Shown one piece after another: positions 1-13,130 of a stretch of 64,000 bases of DNA (position 1 is its first letter; each line of letters opens with the position of its first letter). The notes under the pieces were generated by a model. It saw nothing but the letters and a program-made list of their open reading frames with translations. It was not told the origin of the DNA and did not search any database. The stretch is from Takakia lepidozioides. Lineage: Eukaryota; Plantae; Bryophyta. Where the stretch lies: positions 12,214,001 through 12,278,000 of the forward strand of contig CM060734.1 of the NCBI GenBank assembly GCA_030704615.1, written 5' to 3'. The translations under genes were made by a program, and so were the position numbers.

Positions 1-429
1 GAGATAAATCTCCGGAACCAGGCTCAAAGCATATCAGGTTCGAAATGAAACAATCAGCCACTCATGCCTTGAGTTCATGAAGTTTTTACCTCGGTTGTCC
101 CACCATTGACTGGGGTCAGAAAAGTATTCATTCCACGGCTTTTCCTCGTCTCAGCTATTACCTGTTTCTGGATACTTCCCTGTTGTCACATTGGCAGTAC
201 TCGCACCAAACTATCAAAGGCTCACTCAACCAGCTAACTTGCAGAATTCAACATGAAAATTTAGGGCCGATTCTGATAAGATGGAAAAACAAGGTGAAAT
301 GTGTTGAAGAAGGTGCCTTCATTACCAGTGCCTGAGTTTATCATTGTGCCGCTGCTGCTGCGGCTTCTAGTTGACCAGTCACCATCTACCCATGCAAGTT
401 TCTTGTAGCTATTGATCCATCTGGTACAT

Positions 430-2475
430 TTCCAGCTTTGGTGATGCAACCATGCACCTCCGATGCCCTTTTCCAGGCCGCTGCCAGGCTTGCACACGCA
501 CTGCAAACGCACACAAACATGATGTGGTCGAACTTCACCCCTTCCCCCATCATTTGCTTTCAGGTCTCCAAAGCCCCATACATCGCCTATGCTCTACACA
601 CCCTGCAAACATCACATTCCACAACACCACATCTCATTCAGCCATAGTGTTGAACACTCCCTTGGCATCCTCAATGCTACCATATTTGGCATACATGGCC
701 ACTAGAGCAGTGTTCAGGATGACATCTGGAACAATTGCAGATTTGATCATGTCACCAGGGATCTCTTTGCCCTTTTCCAGGGCTGCCAAACACACTGCAA
801 ACACACACAAACCTTATGTCGGCGGGCTTCACCCCTTCCCCCATCATTTGCTCATAGGTTGGAGCCTCCATCCCGCACCCCTGCTGTGCATACCCCGCAA
901 GCATCGCACTCCACGACACCACATCTCGTTCAGCCATAGTGTTGAACACTCCCTTGGCATCCTCGATGCACCCACATTTGGCATACATGTCCACCAGGGC
1001 AGGGGCAGTGTTCTGAATGACATCTGGTAATCTGACAAACATCCTCCTTTTAGAATTGTTCCAGCAAATGCCCCAACCCTACTGATTTAGAGGCTGTAGT
1101 GTCCAAAGCCATGTCCGTTTCCAGAAAATTGTCTGATGAAAATGAAGTTAGGCAGAAAACTTCCCTGGACTTGTTTCCAGTCTGTGACATGGGGGAGGAC
1201 ATCATGGATGACCTCAAGGGTCTACCCACTCTCGGCACCAGAGTTGACCAGTTGGCCATCGACCCACTCGTAGCCATTGTGCTATTGAAGAAGGTGCCCT
1301 CCCTTCCCCCATCATTTGCTCATAGCTCTCCAAAGCCTCCATCCCACGTCCTTGCCATGCATACCATGCAAGCATCGCACTCCACGACACCACATCTCGT
1401 TCAGCCATAGTGTCGAACACTCCCTTTGCATCCTAGATGCACCCACATTTTGCAAACATGTTCACCAGGGTTTTGTTCAGAATGACATCTGGTACAATAA
1501 TAACTCTGAAGATGTCGCCATGCACCTCTTTCCCCTAAGCTGCCAGGGCAGTGTTCAGATTGACATTTGGCACAATTCCAGCTTTGATGATATCCCCATG
1601 CACCTCTTGCCCTTCTCCAGGCCGGCTGCCAGGCTTGCACAAGCATTGCAAATGCACACAAACATGATGTGCTTCCCCCATCATTTGCTCATAGCTCTCC
1701 AAAGCCTCCATCCCACGTCCCTGCCGTGCATACCATGCAAGCATCGCACTCCACGACACAACATCTCGTTCAGCCATAGTGTCGAACACTCCCTTTGCAT
1801 CCTAGATGCACCCACATTTTGAAAACATGTTCACCAGGGTTTTGTTCAAGATGACATCTGGTACAATTCCAACTCTGAAGATGTCGCCATGCACCTCTTT
1901 CCCCTAAGCTGCCAGGGCAGTGTTCAGATTGACATTTGGCACAATTCCAGCTTTGATGATATCCCCATGCACCTCTTGCCCTTCTCCAGGCCGGCTGCCA
2001 GGCTTGCACAAGCATTGCAAATGCACACAAACATGATGTGCTTCCCCCATCATTTGCTCATAGCTCTCCAAAGCCTCCATCCCACGTCCCTGCTGTGCAT
2101 ACCATGCAAGCATCGCACTCCACGACACCACATCTCGTTCAGCCATAGTGTCGAACACTCCCTTTGCATCCTAGATGCACCCACATTTTGCAAACATATT
2201 CACCAGGGTTTTGTTCAGAATGACATCTGGTACAATAATAACTCTGAAGATGACGCCATGGACCTCTTTCCCCTTTTCCAAAGCTGCCAGGGCAGTGTTC
2301 AGATTGACATTTGGCACAATTCCAGCTTTGATGATATCCCCATGCACCTCTTACCCTTCTCTAGGGCTGCCAGGCTTGCACAAGCATTGCAAATGCACAC
2401 AAACACGATGTGCTTCCCCCATCATTTGCTCATAGGTATCCAAAGCCTCCATCTCACGTCCCTGCCATGCATACC
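430..2475 (-). pseudogene. Degenerate PLS-class pentatricopeptide repeat (PPR) gene fragments
   Basis: Minus-strand translations contain typical PPR motifs (ALVDMYAKCGCIEDAKGVF, RDVVSWSAMLAGYAQQG, GQEVHGDIIKAG) broken by many frameshifts. There is no long ORF. Confidence 0.9.
1303..2475. repeat. Tandem repeat of about 369 bp, roughly 3.2 copies, within the PPR remnant
   Basis: The anchor cttcccccatcatttgctcatag recurs at 1303, 1672, 2041 and 2413 (periods 369, 369, 372). ORF pairs 1401/1770 and 1535/1904 are near-identical and offset by 369. Confidence 0.95.
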
Positions 2476-3179
2476 CTAGACCAAGCTGACTCTCCCAAGA
2501 ACCTTGTAAACATCAGCGAGGACTTAAGTGCACAGCAGCGATAGGGCTTAGTGGGGCTTAGTGCTTGAGGGAAAAAAAAAAACATCGCATTGGTCCATGA
2601 GAACCACCATGGTGCAGCTAAGCGAGCAGAGATTGAAACACGACCTGCTAAGACCAAGCTGACTCTCCCATGAACCTTGTAAACATCAGGAAAAATACCA
2701 ATCATGGTACTAACAGGAGCCAGAAGCCCACATTTGCAGGATGGACAAACTTCTTCACATCCTACATTAAGAAAAAACCACACCTTGCGACTGCGATTGT
2801 CCCACCATCATGAAGGATCTGTAAAAAACTCATGTGAGCTCTGCTCCGTGCTGCAAATTCAGGGCCGAGTCTGATGAGAGGGCAAAACAGGCTGAAATAG
2901 GTTGAAGAAGAAGGTGCCCTAACCACATTGTCGTCGACCTTGTGTCATGACCCATGGAGGATTTGACAGACCATGAACCCAAACAGACCTCTTGTGTGTG
3001 CTGCTTGTGTCTGTAGTCAGGTAATGTTGGATTGTCCATGAGAACCACCACGGTGCAGCTGAGCGAGCAGAGATTGAAACGCGACCTGCTAAGACCAACT
3101 TGCACGAGGACTTAGTGTGCACAGCAACGATATGGCTTTAGTGGGGCTTAGTGGGTTAGTGCATGAGGGGAAAAAAAAC

Positions 3180-3250
3180 AACACGAGGAGTTTGAACTCG
3201 CGACCCCGTGACACACAGGAAGAGCCCTTACCAGTACGCTACATGCGCAC
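3180..3250 (-). other. tRNA-like remnant, probably a SINE head with Pol III A/B boxes
   Basis: The minus strand reads TGTAGCGTACTGGTAAGG...GAGTTCAAACTC (A-box-like and B-box-like). I could not fold a proper cloverleaf. Confidence 0.45.
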
Positions 3251-3371
3251 ATTTGAAATACCCCCCCCCCCCCCCCCCCCCAAAAGTATGTATATATTGT
3301 ACATACGTGATGGGCAACTTTTTAAGTTTTTTAACCTTTTCACAAACCCTATAAGCAAATTTTTTTTAAAT

Positions 3372-3560
3372 TTTTTTTTTTTAAAGGAAACCTCAGGCCC
3401 TTGAGGAGGGGGAAAAATTAACCCCCTTTCATTTATGGGCCATGAGACCTACAGGAGGATCAACGCCGTCGTCACAAACAATCCCACACATGGGGTAATA
3501 CATCGGGTTTGAACCCTGAACCACCAGGGCGACACACTCTGCATTTACCAGCCGATGTGC
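3372..3560 (-). mobile_element. tRNA-derived SINE
   Basis: B box GGTTCAAACC, an A-rich tail after GTTTCC, and the flanking direct repeat TTTTTTTAAAT (3361-3371 and 3561-3571). It shares the core CATAAATGAAAG-GGTT with the SINE at 12429. Confidence 0.7.
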
Positions 3561-3630
3561 TTTTTTTAAATCTTTTGCACTTTGATTTTTTTTTTTAAAT
3601 TCATTTTAGTGGTTACAAGTGAGTACATAG

Positions 3631-3985
3631 ATGTATTCCATGGAGATAAACAAAACTGTTCATCTGGTGTCTTCACGGTGGATGTATCCCATGGAGCGTT
3701 ACACGAAAGTTCTTAAGGGATACGTTAGGAATTACGGAAAGCCAGAAGGGAGTACGGCTGCAGGGTATGTTCTGGATGAGGCCATGGGGTTCAGGATTGA
3801 GTATATGCAATCATTTGATGCAACTCAACGGCGGACTTGGGATGCAACTCAACGGCGGAAGGGGTTGAGGACGAGGTCTTCGAAGGTGTCGGCAAAAAGC
3901 GGGACATGACTGGAGCTGGGAGAGATGCAGCACAAATTTTGTATGTGCTGAACAATACCAATGTCATGGCTTATTGGGTGCAGTG
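3631..3985 (+). pseudogene. CACTA/EnSpm transposase fragment (DUF4218-like region)
   Basis: RWMYPMERYTKVLKGYVRNYGKPEGS matches the conserved TnpD-type motif and is homologous to part of 59309-59767. Confidence 0.85.
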
Positions 3986-5172
3986 AGTACTTCTTTTCAT
4001 TGCACCTTATTCATATCAAGTTCAATTTCAATTCTGACTGTCACCAGTGTAATCAAACCACCCACAAAGTCACAAATGTCAGTGGTTCATTCTGATTATA
4101 ACCAATGCTGTAGTAACGGAATGTCTGAGTGAGTGACTTGTTGGAAGAGCATGTTCTTTTACAAGTCATTCTGCTCACTCCTCCAGTGGTTTGAAACAGT
4201 GGTTTTCAAAGTATCATTCATGCTAGGTATTTTTTGCTAAGTAATGCAATACTTCATTGCTAACATGTATCATTCTTGTTGCCATTTTGTGACAAAAAGT
4301 ATGCAACAGATAAGGCACAGTCACAGCAGACAGAGAGGCATGTGGTGATGAGTGGCGTGCCAATCGACGTCTACCTTATCAGATCAGCCAATACCTAGGT
4401 CATTAGATGGTCCCACGGCTCTAAATAAAGAAGACCTGGCTATGTTGGCTACCATTCAAGCGGCATTTGTGCAACCAACCGCTATTCCAGTTGAGCAAAG
4501 TGATTTAGAGGGTGACGAATATGTTTCAGATTCAGAATAAAATTTATTGTTGGACAAAGCTGTAGCTCCAAGCTACACAAACCACTTAAAGTTTTTCATG
4601 TATCACCCAAAAAGTGGTACCAATCACTGTTGTGTAGGCAACCACTCATGAGCAACCACTAGCATAGTGGTTCCAATTACTGCAGTATCTTTCACCACCC
4701 ACTCTCCACCACTGTCAAAGTGGTACAAATCAATGAGGTGTCTTTAACCACTCAAGATCAACGTGCACTGTCCCTGGCCGCGTGGAATATTATATTTATA
4801 AATTAAAATATATTTCCAAATCATAAATCACAAATAAATTTTGAATTATTACACGTGGAGTAGTAAGTGGTTTCAACCACTTCCCATCACTGAGGTGTCT
4901 ATAACCACTCACAATGTACCACTGCACTCGTCCACGTGCAATATTATATTATATTAATTAAAATGTATTACCAAATAAATAATAATAAATAAAAACAAGT
5001 TATTACACGTGGACTACCGAGTGGTTGAAACCACTTCCAACCACTGTCTGTGATGCCACCGTGGCATTTCATTGGGATTAACCACTGGCAAGTGGTTACT
5101 AGTGGTTTATAGAGTGGAAAAAGACAGTAGTGGTTAAAGGGCCAGTGGTTATTCCACGTTTTTCTTCTAGTG
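3631..5172 (+). mobile_element. Right portion of a CACTA element, with subterminal repeats and terminal inverted repeat (TIR)
   Basis: Dense ACCACT/AGTGGT motifs at 4580-5150 end in ...TTTTTCTTCTAGTG at 5172 (reverse complement CACTAGAAGAAAAA). Ty3 protease sequence begins immediately after. Confidence 0.85.
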
Positions 5173-7632
5173 GTATGATACGACGTTGTTTAGTGGATGA
5201 TGGGAGCTCAATCAACATCATGCCACTCTCCACCTTGTCAAAGTTAGGATTGAACATGACAGGGGAGTCTCCATTAACTATCAGACTGGCTGACCAACGG
5301 AAGATCAGACCAGTGGGTCACTTAGCGAATGTTCGGCTAAAGACTGGAGGCTACACGTACGCGGTAGATTTCCAGATCATAGATTTCCCCATTGATGAGT
5401 ATTCCTACGCACTCCTACTAGGGAGGCCATGGTTGGTCCAGTCCCGAGCTCGAACGGACTGGGGGGATAAAACCTTACACGACTACAGTCGCTTTTCTTT
5501 CGGGAGCACCTCACCACGAAACAGATGAGGATGAGCTCAGCATGATTGGTTCTGAAGAGGAATCTGAGGACTTGAGTGAGGAGGACTGGTGGACAGATAG
5601 AGAGATCCATCCAACGTCACATGCCCACCGAGTATTAGCAACCAGCACCGTGCCTCGCAGGGAGGTTAAGCGAAGGAAGGTAGGACTAGAGGACAGCGTC
5701 AAGTCCCTAGGTCCGGGTTTATATGAATGCGAGTCTGATACAGACTGCATCGCCTGGTTGTTTGGAGAAAACCAAGGCAAGGAGGTGATGATACACTCGG
5801 TATCAACCGAGGCACTTCTAGAGTTCAAATCACTAACCGAGCTCTTCTCGATATCCGCCAAACAGATTGGTCTACAGGAACCGGAGATTCCTCAGGAGGA
5901 GAACGGCGAGACTATTGAAATGAGAATTGTAGAGGAGGCCGACCTAGAAAGGGATGTGATGAAACATAGTGCCCCCTACATTCCATATTTACAACAAGGG
6001 TCAAACGGATCAAGGTTTGAACCAGGATCAACCTTCACAGCCGAGCCAACAACGCAATTGGTCGATATGGCGGTGGGAGGAGAATCACCCAAGATGGTGA
6101 AGGTTGGATCCCATTTGACAGTAGAACAGGCGGCAGAGTACCAGGCCTTGTTCAAAGAATTTAGAGACATCTTCGCGTGGTCCTACACTGAGTTGAAAGG
6201 GGTGCCCTCTTATGTGGCCATGCACTCTATTCCCCTGATTCCGGAAGCTACACCACGACGACAGCGAGAAAGAAGGGTGAATCCCAATTTGGCTCTTCTC
6301 ATCAAAGCAGAAATCGAAAAACTGCTAGCCGTTGAGTTTATCTTTCCAGTGGAGACATCAGCCCGGATGTCCCCCATGGTGATCGTTCGGAAAAAGAATG
6401 GAGGATTAAGGGTATGCGTGGACTTCCGCCCCCTTAACAAGGTAACGCACAAGGATAATTTTCCCTTGCCGTTTATAGACACATTAGTGGAAGAGGTGGC
6501 AGGGAAGGAACTCTACTCTTTCATGGATGGATTCTTGGGCTACAATCAAGTGTTGATCGACCCGAAAGATGTGCTGAAGACCACATTCATCTCACCCTGG
6601 GGAACATTTGCCTACACAATGATGCCCTTTGGCTTGTGCAATGCACCCCTGACATTTCAGAGGGTCATGACGTATGCTTTCTCGGACATTGTGAGAAAGA
6701 ATCTAGTCATTTTCTTAGATGACTTTTGTTGCAACGGGGATGCGAAGGATCACGTTGTGGCACTACAAGAATGCTTCATCCGCTGTAGAGAAAATGGGAT
6801 ATCTCTCAATCCAATGAAGTGCGTATTCGCAGTCACACATGGACTGCTCCTGGGACACATAGTGTCCAGAGATGGCGTGGCGACAGACCTAGCAAAAGTA
6901 AGCGCCATTGTCGAACTTCTCGCACCATAGACGTCATCCAAAGTGAAGGGATTCCTTGGCTGCCCCAAGGAGATAGTGAGTGACAGGGGCTCTCACTTTA
7001 TTAATGACATCATCGAAGAAATGATGGCAGCATTCTCCATCAAGCATCACAAAGGCTACCCCCTATCACCCTCAGACAAGTGGTCAAGTAGAGCGCGCCA
7101 ATCAGACCTTGTGCAACATCCTCTCCAAAACAATTAGGGAGCACAAGCGGGACTGGGACACCAAGTTGATCTTAGCTTTGTGGGCGTTTCGCACTACACA
7201 TAAGGTAACCACTCGACACACCCCCTTTTCATTGGTTTACGGGGTGGAGTCCATTATGCCCATCGAAACAGAGATTCTCTCATTGCGACTGGCCATCACC
7301 GAGAGATTGGCAACATCCGAGTCCTTGAAAGAACGACTCGAGATGCTGGAGGGGTTAGACGAGCTTCGGCAGGCAGTAGCTCAACACATTGAGGCCATCC
7401 AGCGAGGAGGAAGGCTCGGTTTGACCTGAAGCGCAAAAAGAGGCTAGGAGATCTGGTATTATTGTTCGACAGTCGGAACGAGGAATTCAAGGCCAAGTTC
7501 GACTCATACTGGATGGGGCCCTATCTTGTCAAGACAGTCTTTGACAAGGGCTCATTACAATTGGAGACACTGAGGGGAGTGGAGTTCCCCAATCTGGTGA
7601 ACGGTGTCCGGTGTAAGCACTACTACATGTGA
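5173..7632 (+). pseudogene. pol: Ty3/gypsy pol remnant (protease, RT, partial integrase; RNase H deleted)
   Basis: Protease LVDDGSSINIM; RT motifs RVCVDFRPLN, KDNFPLPFID, GYNQV, MPFGLCNAP and FLDDF; integrase motifs IVSDRGSHF, ALWAFRT and TPFSLVYG. Stops and frameshifts are present. Confidence 0.93.
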
Positions 7633-9238
7633 GTTCCTTTAACCAAAGAATTATCTTTCCCCCCATTAAGGGAAAGGTGCTAAGGAAGATCTTAGTGGCC
7701 TTTGCCTTGTCGGGAGAGATCTTTAGGATTTCTACCTGGTTTTTCGGAAGGAAATGTTGGTATTTCCTATCCATGATTCATTGGATATTGGAGCTCCATA
7801 ACAGGTGGAGTGCGGGGCAACTAAGTTGCAATCATCCAATGAAACTTCTCCATTGGGAAGAGGTCAATAGGACTCTTACCCGTTAGGTTGTTGTACACCC
7901 TTTATTGGAGTTCCAAAGGTAGACCTTGGGATGCAGGGCAACGTCGTTGCAGTAAAGAGGTGATTTGTTCTCCACTTATGTTTTGGGTAGTTATTGGAAT
8001 TCACAAGGAAAGACCTTGGGATGCGGGGCACATAAAGTGCAGTAATCTAACCCACGTTGTAGAATTAGAAATTTGTTGATATGGCATAAGCTATGAAAGC
8101 TATGACCATCCAATTGCCAATGTAGAAGACTTCATACATCTTCGTTACTAATCACGTGTTGTGAGTTTCTCTATTTTTCTTCTTCACCAAGTGAAGAACC
8201 ACAGGTGCAGGAATGGGAGCAATGGGATGGCTAATATATGCACTCTTATTCAATGCACACTGTCAATCATTACTTGTCTTTTATCACAAAATATATCTGT
8301 GTTTGCTCAAAGCATATCTCGAAAAAAAAGTAAGTGCTTGCTGCATCAAGCACTCTGCAGTATACTGATGCTCCCTGCATGGGGCACAACGACTTCCCGC
8401 ACGGGGATTCTAACCTTAAACCTTTTGTCATTTTCACCTTGCCCCGCTGCAGCATTCCTCGAAGAGAGAGAAAAGTCAGAAGCAGTGAGGGGGTAAAAGG
8501 TGAGTTGTAGAGCAGTGGTTGCTACTCCCCTCACATGAGTGAAGGATGTTCGGCACAGGAAAACCCAGAAGGGCCTGTGACCTTTTAGCATTAGGATTAG
8601 CATATGTTGGTTTGTCTATTACCAGAGTGTGGTCCTCTGAGGTTCAGAAAGTATCCAATCTTTTTAGGTGTCTCACCATGAACTCTGCGATCCTGCGAGT
8701 CATGAGGATAGTTACCAGAGTGTGGTCCTCTGAGGTTCAGAATGTATCCAATCTTTTCCGTTGACGCGGGAGCTGCTCTTTAGCCCTCCCAGATGCTTCA
8801 TGTTTAGGGGCATTTAGGCCCACCCGAGCTTGAGTCGAGGCCCTAGCATTTTACAATGAGCTGTGCAAATCCATGAGAGGTCTCTGCAGCCATATTAGTA
8901 GTAGTATAGAACCAAAGTCCTTCCAAGGCTGTTTTAGAATAGAATCATCAAATTGCACCGCGCATATCTCTCTTGCATCATCTAGGGGATTCGAACCAGT
9001 CCGGTGGGGGAGAATGGTGGTTTTGAAGTATTTTTTATCTGGGAACTCCAACTCTCTCCGAAGAGGGCGAGTCGGGTGGTTTTGAAGTATTTTTTGGCTT
9101 GTTGCTTTTATTTTTCCCTCCTCTCTCCCGGAAGACTTGTACTCTCTCCGAAGAGGGAGAGCCAAAGGGAAATTACTCATCATCTTTTTCATGTCACTTA
9201 AAAGAGTTGTTGACTCCAAGGGATATCAATGATACCCT

Positions 9239-10517
9239 AATAGGGGGATTGTGCGAACCAGAGATTCTGAGTTCTTTTACACTCGGGGCGAGTGTTCCCC
9301 ATTGGTCGCCATATATGTAGATGCATATATTGGTACATATTTATTTTCAGATCGTTTTTTATCTTAAGGCAGACAGTTTAGGCATTATATTGCCAAAGCA
9401 GGGCAGTTTGTGAGTTATCTGGGAATCGCTGGTAAAGCACGTAGGAATTTAGATTATGTCTGAGACGACCATGGAGATCTGGCGTCAAAATGACCGTAAG
9501 GAGCTGCATCGACAACGAGTTAGGTTGCCAATTCGGTACCAGTAACGACAACATGCACATGTTCGAAACAATACATGACAACTGTTCCAGTCCTGGATTG
9601 CAATCTCTCTATTCTCCTGCCTTTCAAGTCCAGTAGGAGCACGCGGCGAGGAGTCTTGGCAATTGGAGGAAACAATCTGTACAGCGATGAAATATCGCAA
9701 CAAAGCAAGTGCTGCATCGGAGCAAACGACGGGTGAAGGAGCTTCCCGGCAAAGTTTTGAACTCCTCAGCGATGCAAAGTGTGTAGGAGGAAACTCCAGA
9801 TGATCTGTGATCCAGTGGCAGGGCCAAAGATCCCTAGGGGCACCACCAGTATTTTAACTGCCAGGAAGCGGCAAACTGCCTATATGGCAAAATCATGGAA
9901 ACCAACCAAAGGTGTGGCTTTTCTTCCCCGATTCCCTTGAGATTTTGTGGGCAGCTATGGGCCATCTAATTATAATTTGTCACCAAGTTTGAGGATTTTT
10001 GGAGGTGATGAGAGACGACATCAAATTATCACGCCGGAGGCAGTTGCGAAAGGCGATTAAATGGAATTCTAGTTCATCCAATGAATGAAAACTGGAAATT
10101 CGACCTGCAAGCTGGAGGGATGAGAAGACAACCTAGCGCCAACTGGTCATCCATTGGATGGATGAAAAACCAGATTTATCATTAACACTAAGGTTTTCTA
10201 TCCATGGTTATTATTTTATGGTGTTCTATCGTTTTTAAATTATAGATTCATGTAGGAAATAATAGTTTAAGACTATCCTTCACTAGTTTAAGAGGCCCCA
10301 AAAACACAATAAAAGAAGAGCAGGCTCCTCTTATTCTTCAATCTAGTCTCATTTCCTTGTTTAAGCCTCTTGCTTGTGTAGTTAGTTTTGAGCTTGAGGG
10401 AGCTAGTTCCTAGAGAGTTGAGCTTGTGGCTCTCTAGTATTAGAAGCAAGCATAGTGAGAGCAGGATAGTCCTAGCTCAAGTCCTTGTGGCCATTTGAGG
10501 CAAGGAGTAGAGGAAGC
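9239..10517 (+). repeat. Probable polypurine tract and truncated 3' LTR of the first Ty3 element
   Basis: AATAGGGGGAT is followed by TGTGCG at 9250, about 1.6 kb after the pol stop. Sequence character changes abruptly at about 10518. There is no second LTR in the window to confirm this. Confidence 0.5.
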
Positions 10518-10744
10518 CAGGATTGCACACGTCAGTGACGTCACGTCACGTCGGACCTGACGCTGACGCGACCAACGTCACGTTAGTTTTGCCGGAAAAT
10601 CAGTAAAACATGAGTTAGGTGAAAAATATGTCACGTAGGTAGACACGTTGTATTCCAAGCGACACCTTGGCAAGTGAATGAATTGTTTTATAAATTACTC
10701 CATCCGCCAATAGTTGAGGTCATTTTTAAATCATTATTGTTAAA

Positions 10745-11395
10745 TTGGTGCGACCTCCAAATGGTGGTGGTCGCAAAATTTATCTTATTTTCTAATAGTT
10801 GCGACCACCAGTAAAGGGGTTGTCGCAGCATTTTTGTTTTTTAAAAATAGATGCGACCACCAGCAGGGGTGGTCGCATTTTTTTCTTTTCTTAAACAGTT
10901 GCGACCACCGCTACTGGTGGTCGCACAATTTTTATTTTATTTGTAATAGGTGCGACCACCATCAGGGGGGTGGTCGTAGATTTTTTTTTTTTTTTTTTTT
11001 TTTTCTTTTTGTTTTGTTTTTAAGAACTATTCTCGTGACCACGAGCATGGGGGTGGTCGCAGCATTTTTTATTTTTTTTACTAGGTGCGACCACCAGTAG
11101 GGGGTGGTCGCAGAAATTTTCTATTTGTTTAATAGGTGCAACCACCAGCAGGGGGGTGGTCGCAGAAATTTTCTGTTTTTTTAATAGGTGCGACCACCAA
11201 CAGGGGGGTGGTCGCATCACTTTTTTTTTAAATATTTGTATTTTTAATAAATAATCTCTGTGACCACGAGCATGGGGGTGGTCGCAACATTTTTATTTTT
11301 TTTAATAGGTGCGACCACCAGCATGAGGGTGGTCGCAGCAGTTTAAAAAAATAAATAACATGCGACTTCTTCGTGCGACCTGGAGCGGTCGCAGC
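10745..11395. repeat. Array of short palindromes GCGACCACC-N(6-9)-GGTGGTCGC with AT-rich spacers, period about 60 bp
   Basis: About 11 hairpin units read directly, immediately upstream of the TATA box at 11441. Confidence 0.95.
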
Positions 11396-11440
11396 ATTGG
11401 ATCTGATTCGTCGAGCGTGTGAGGCTTGGAGGCTGGAGGG

Positions 11441-11470
11441 TATATAAGGTGGTCCCAATGCCCCTCACTT
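11441..11470 (+). promoter_or_regulatory. Putative core promoter of the unit-1 transposase (TATATAAG plus CCCTCACTT initiator-like motif)
   Basis: The same TATAAG...CCTCACTT layout occurs at 15903, 20765 and 49801, each directly after a palindrome array and before a gene. Confidence 0.6.
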
Positions 11471-11759
11471 CTTTTGTGGCAAACACTTTTGTGGCGAGTG
11501 AATGTTCTCTATTCCTTGAGCAAGAGTGTAAGCCCAAGAGGAGGGTGCGGACTTTTTGCTGTTGTGGTTTCCACCACAGCCACTGCAGTAAATTGTCAAA
11601 AAGCACAATACTACATGGTGCATTGATCCACTTGGATTGACGCCGTAGTGTTGGGCCATCGCATTCTGTTCTAACTTCTATTGCTCTTGACAAATCTACC
11701 AAGTACACTAGTGTTCTTCGTTCAAGCTTAAGTCTGTGGTTAGGGTTTTGGGTGTGAGG

Positions 11760-12247
11760 ATGAGGGAGGAGTGGATCCATTGGTTCACCATAGACCCGCA
11801 CAAAAAGGACGGTGTTCAATGCAATCTTTGTGCATTGAAGTTGGCGGGTCGCAAAGATCACATGTTATATCACCTCGGCTACAGAGATGGGAAGAATGCA
11901 GGGGTTAGTTTGTGCCCAAAAGCCTCCATGCGAGTGAAAGCCCACTTTGCCCAATGTGGAGGCAATATCCCACCGTCTCTTGATGTGGCCACGGCTTCTG
12001 AGCCAAACACTCCAGGTTCGAATCAAACTGTTCCTCAGAGTTGTACCCAAGGGGATTCTTGCGAGGCGTCTACTGTTCGTGGAGAAGCCGGTGGGTCAGG
12101 AGCAACACCCGATTGTACGCCAGCACTTGTACGGACCAGACCATTGAGGCAACAATCAATGCAAGAAGACTTAAATTTGTCGCATAGGATGACTCTGGAT
12201 AAGAAGTGGGCCCAATTTTTCTACGAGGCCAATATTCCATTCAATGT
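11760..12247 (+). pseudogene. hAT-type transposase copy 1, N-terminal part with BED-like zinc finger
   Basis: MREEW...VQCNLC...HMLYHLG...CP through WAQFFYEANIPFNV. Homologous to 21089-21582 and cut at the inversion breakpoint. Confidence 0.85.
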
Positions 12248-12257
12248 CTATTTATAG

Positions 12258-12810
12258 GCGCGACCACCAACAGAGGGGTGGTCGCAGAAATTTTGTTTAA
12301 AACAAATAGGTGCGACCACCACCTGCTGGTGGTCGCACTATTTTCCTTTTCTTTAATAGATGCGACCACCAGCAGGGAGGTGGTCGTAAGGGGGTGGTCG
12401 CATAATTTTCCGATTTTTTAATATCTACCAACAGTTAGTAGCTCAGTTGGTTAAGTGCACTGAGTGTGACCCGGACGATTCTGGGGTCAAATCTTGCTAC
12501 TTGATGGGTGTGGTATGGTTCGTATGTGGTGCCCCATTCCTACGCCTCTTGGCGCATAAATGAAAGAGGTTATTTTCTCCTCTCACTACTAAGGGGCATG
12601 ATTTGTGAGCTGTCGCTCCCAGGTGTTTCCCAAAATAAAATAAAATAAAATCTACGACCACCAGCAGGGGTAATCAGTAAATCAGTAAATATGTGCGACT
12701 ACCAGCAGGGGGGTGGTCGCAACATTTTTCTTTTATTTTAACAGTTGCGACGACCACTACTGGTGGTCACACAATTGTTTTTTTAAAAATAAGTGCGACC
12801 ACCAGGAGGT
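12258..12810. repeat. GCGACCACC palindrome array (inverted part of the inter-gene array), interrupted by a SINE
   Basis: Same unit as 10745-11395. Confidence 0.9.
12429..12649 (+). mobile_element. tRNA-derived SINE
   Basis: A box TAGCTCAGTTGG, degenerate B box GGGTCAAATC, (TAAAA)n tail, and TSD ATCTAC at 12423-12428 and 12650-12655. Confidence 0.78.
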
Positions 12811-13130
12811 TGGTCCCCTTGCACCTATATGTATGTTTGGAGAGGCAGATGAAAAGCACATGTATTGACTCCCCATGGATTTGTGAAGGGGAAGATGAAT
12901 GTTAGGAGCTGCACTTGGCTTTTGTGGCTTTCGAAACCATAATAGAAAATCAACAATGTAAAGGTAATGACGAAACACAAACACACGCACAACCACCAAA
13001 CCCTTTCTTGGGTACACATATTCCACCATTTTTATTTCCGTACACGTATGCATATACCCAAACTGAAGCATGGATATCCATGGAAACATACTACACATCA
13101 TGTGACAGGTCACAGAAGTTATAGGTGTAC

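Noticed and set aside
452-2479. Plus-strand His-rich ORFs as genes
   Set aside because: They are antisense shadows of the PPR repeats.
10518-10590. Confirmed hAT terminal inverted repeat
   Set aside because: I found no inverted partner or 8-bp TSD in the window, so it is only a candidate end.
12436-12500. Functional tRNA gene (also 3180-3250 and 3500-3560)
   Set aside because: A/B boxes are present, but there are no consistent acceptor or anticodon stems. The tails and TSDs indicate SINEs.
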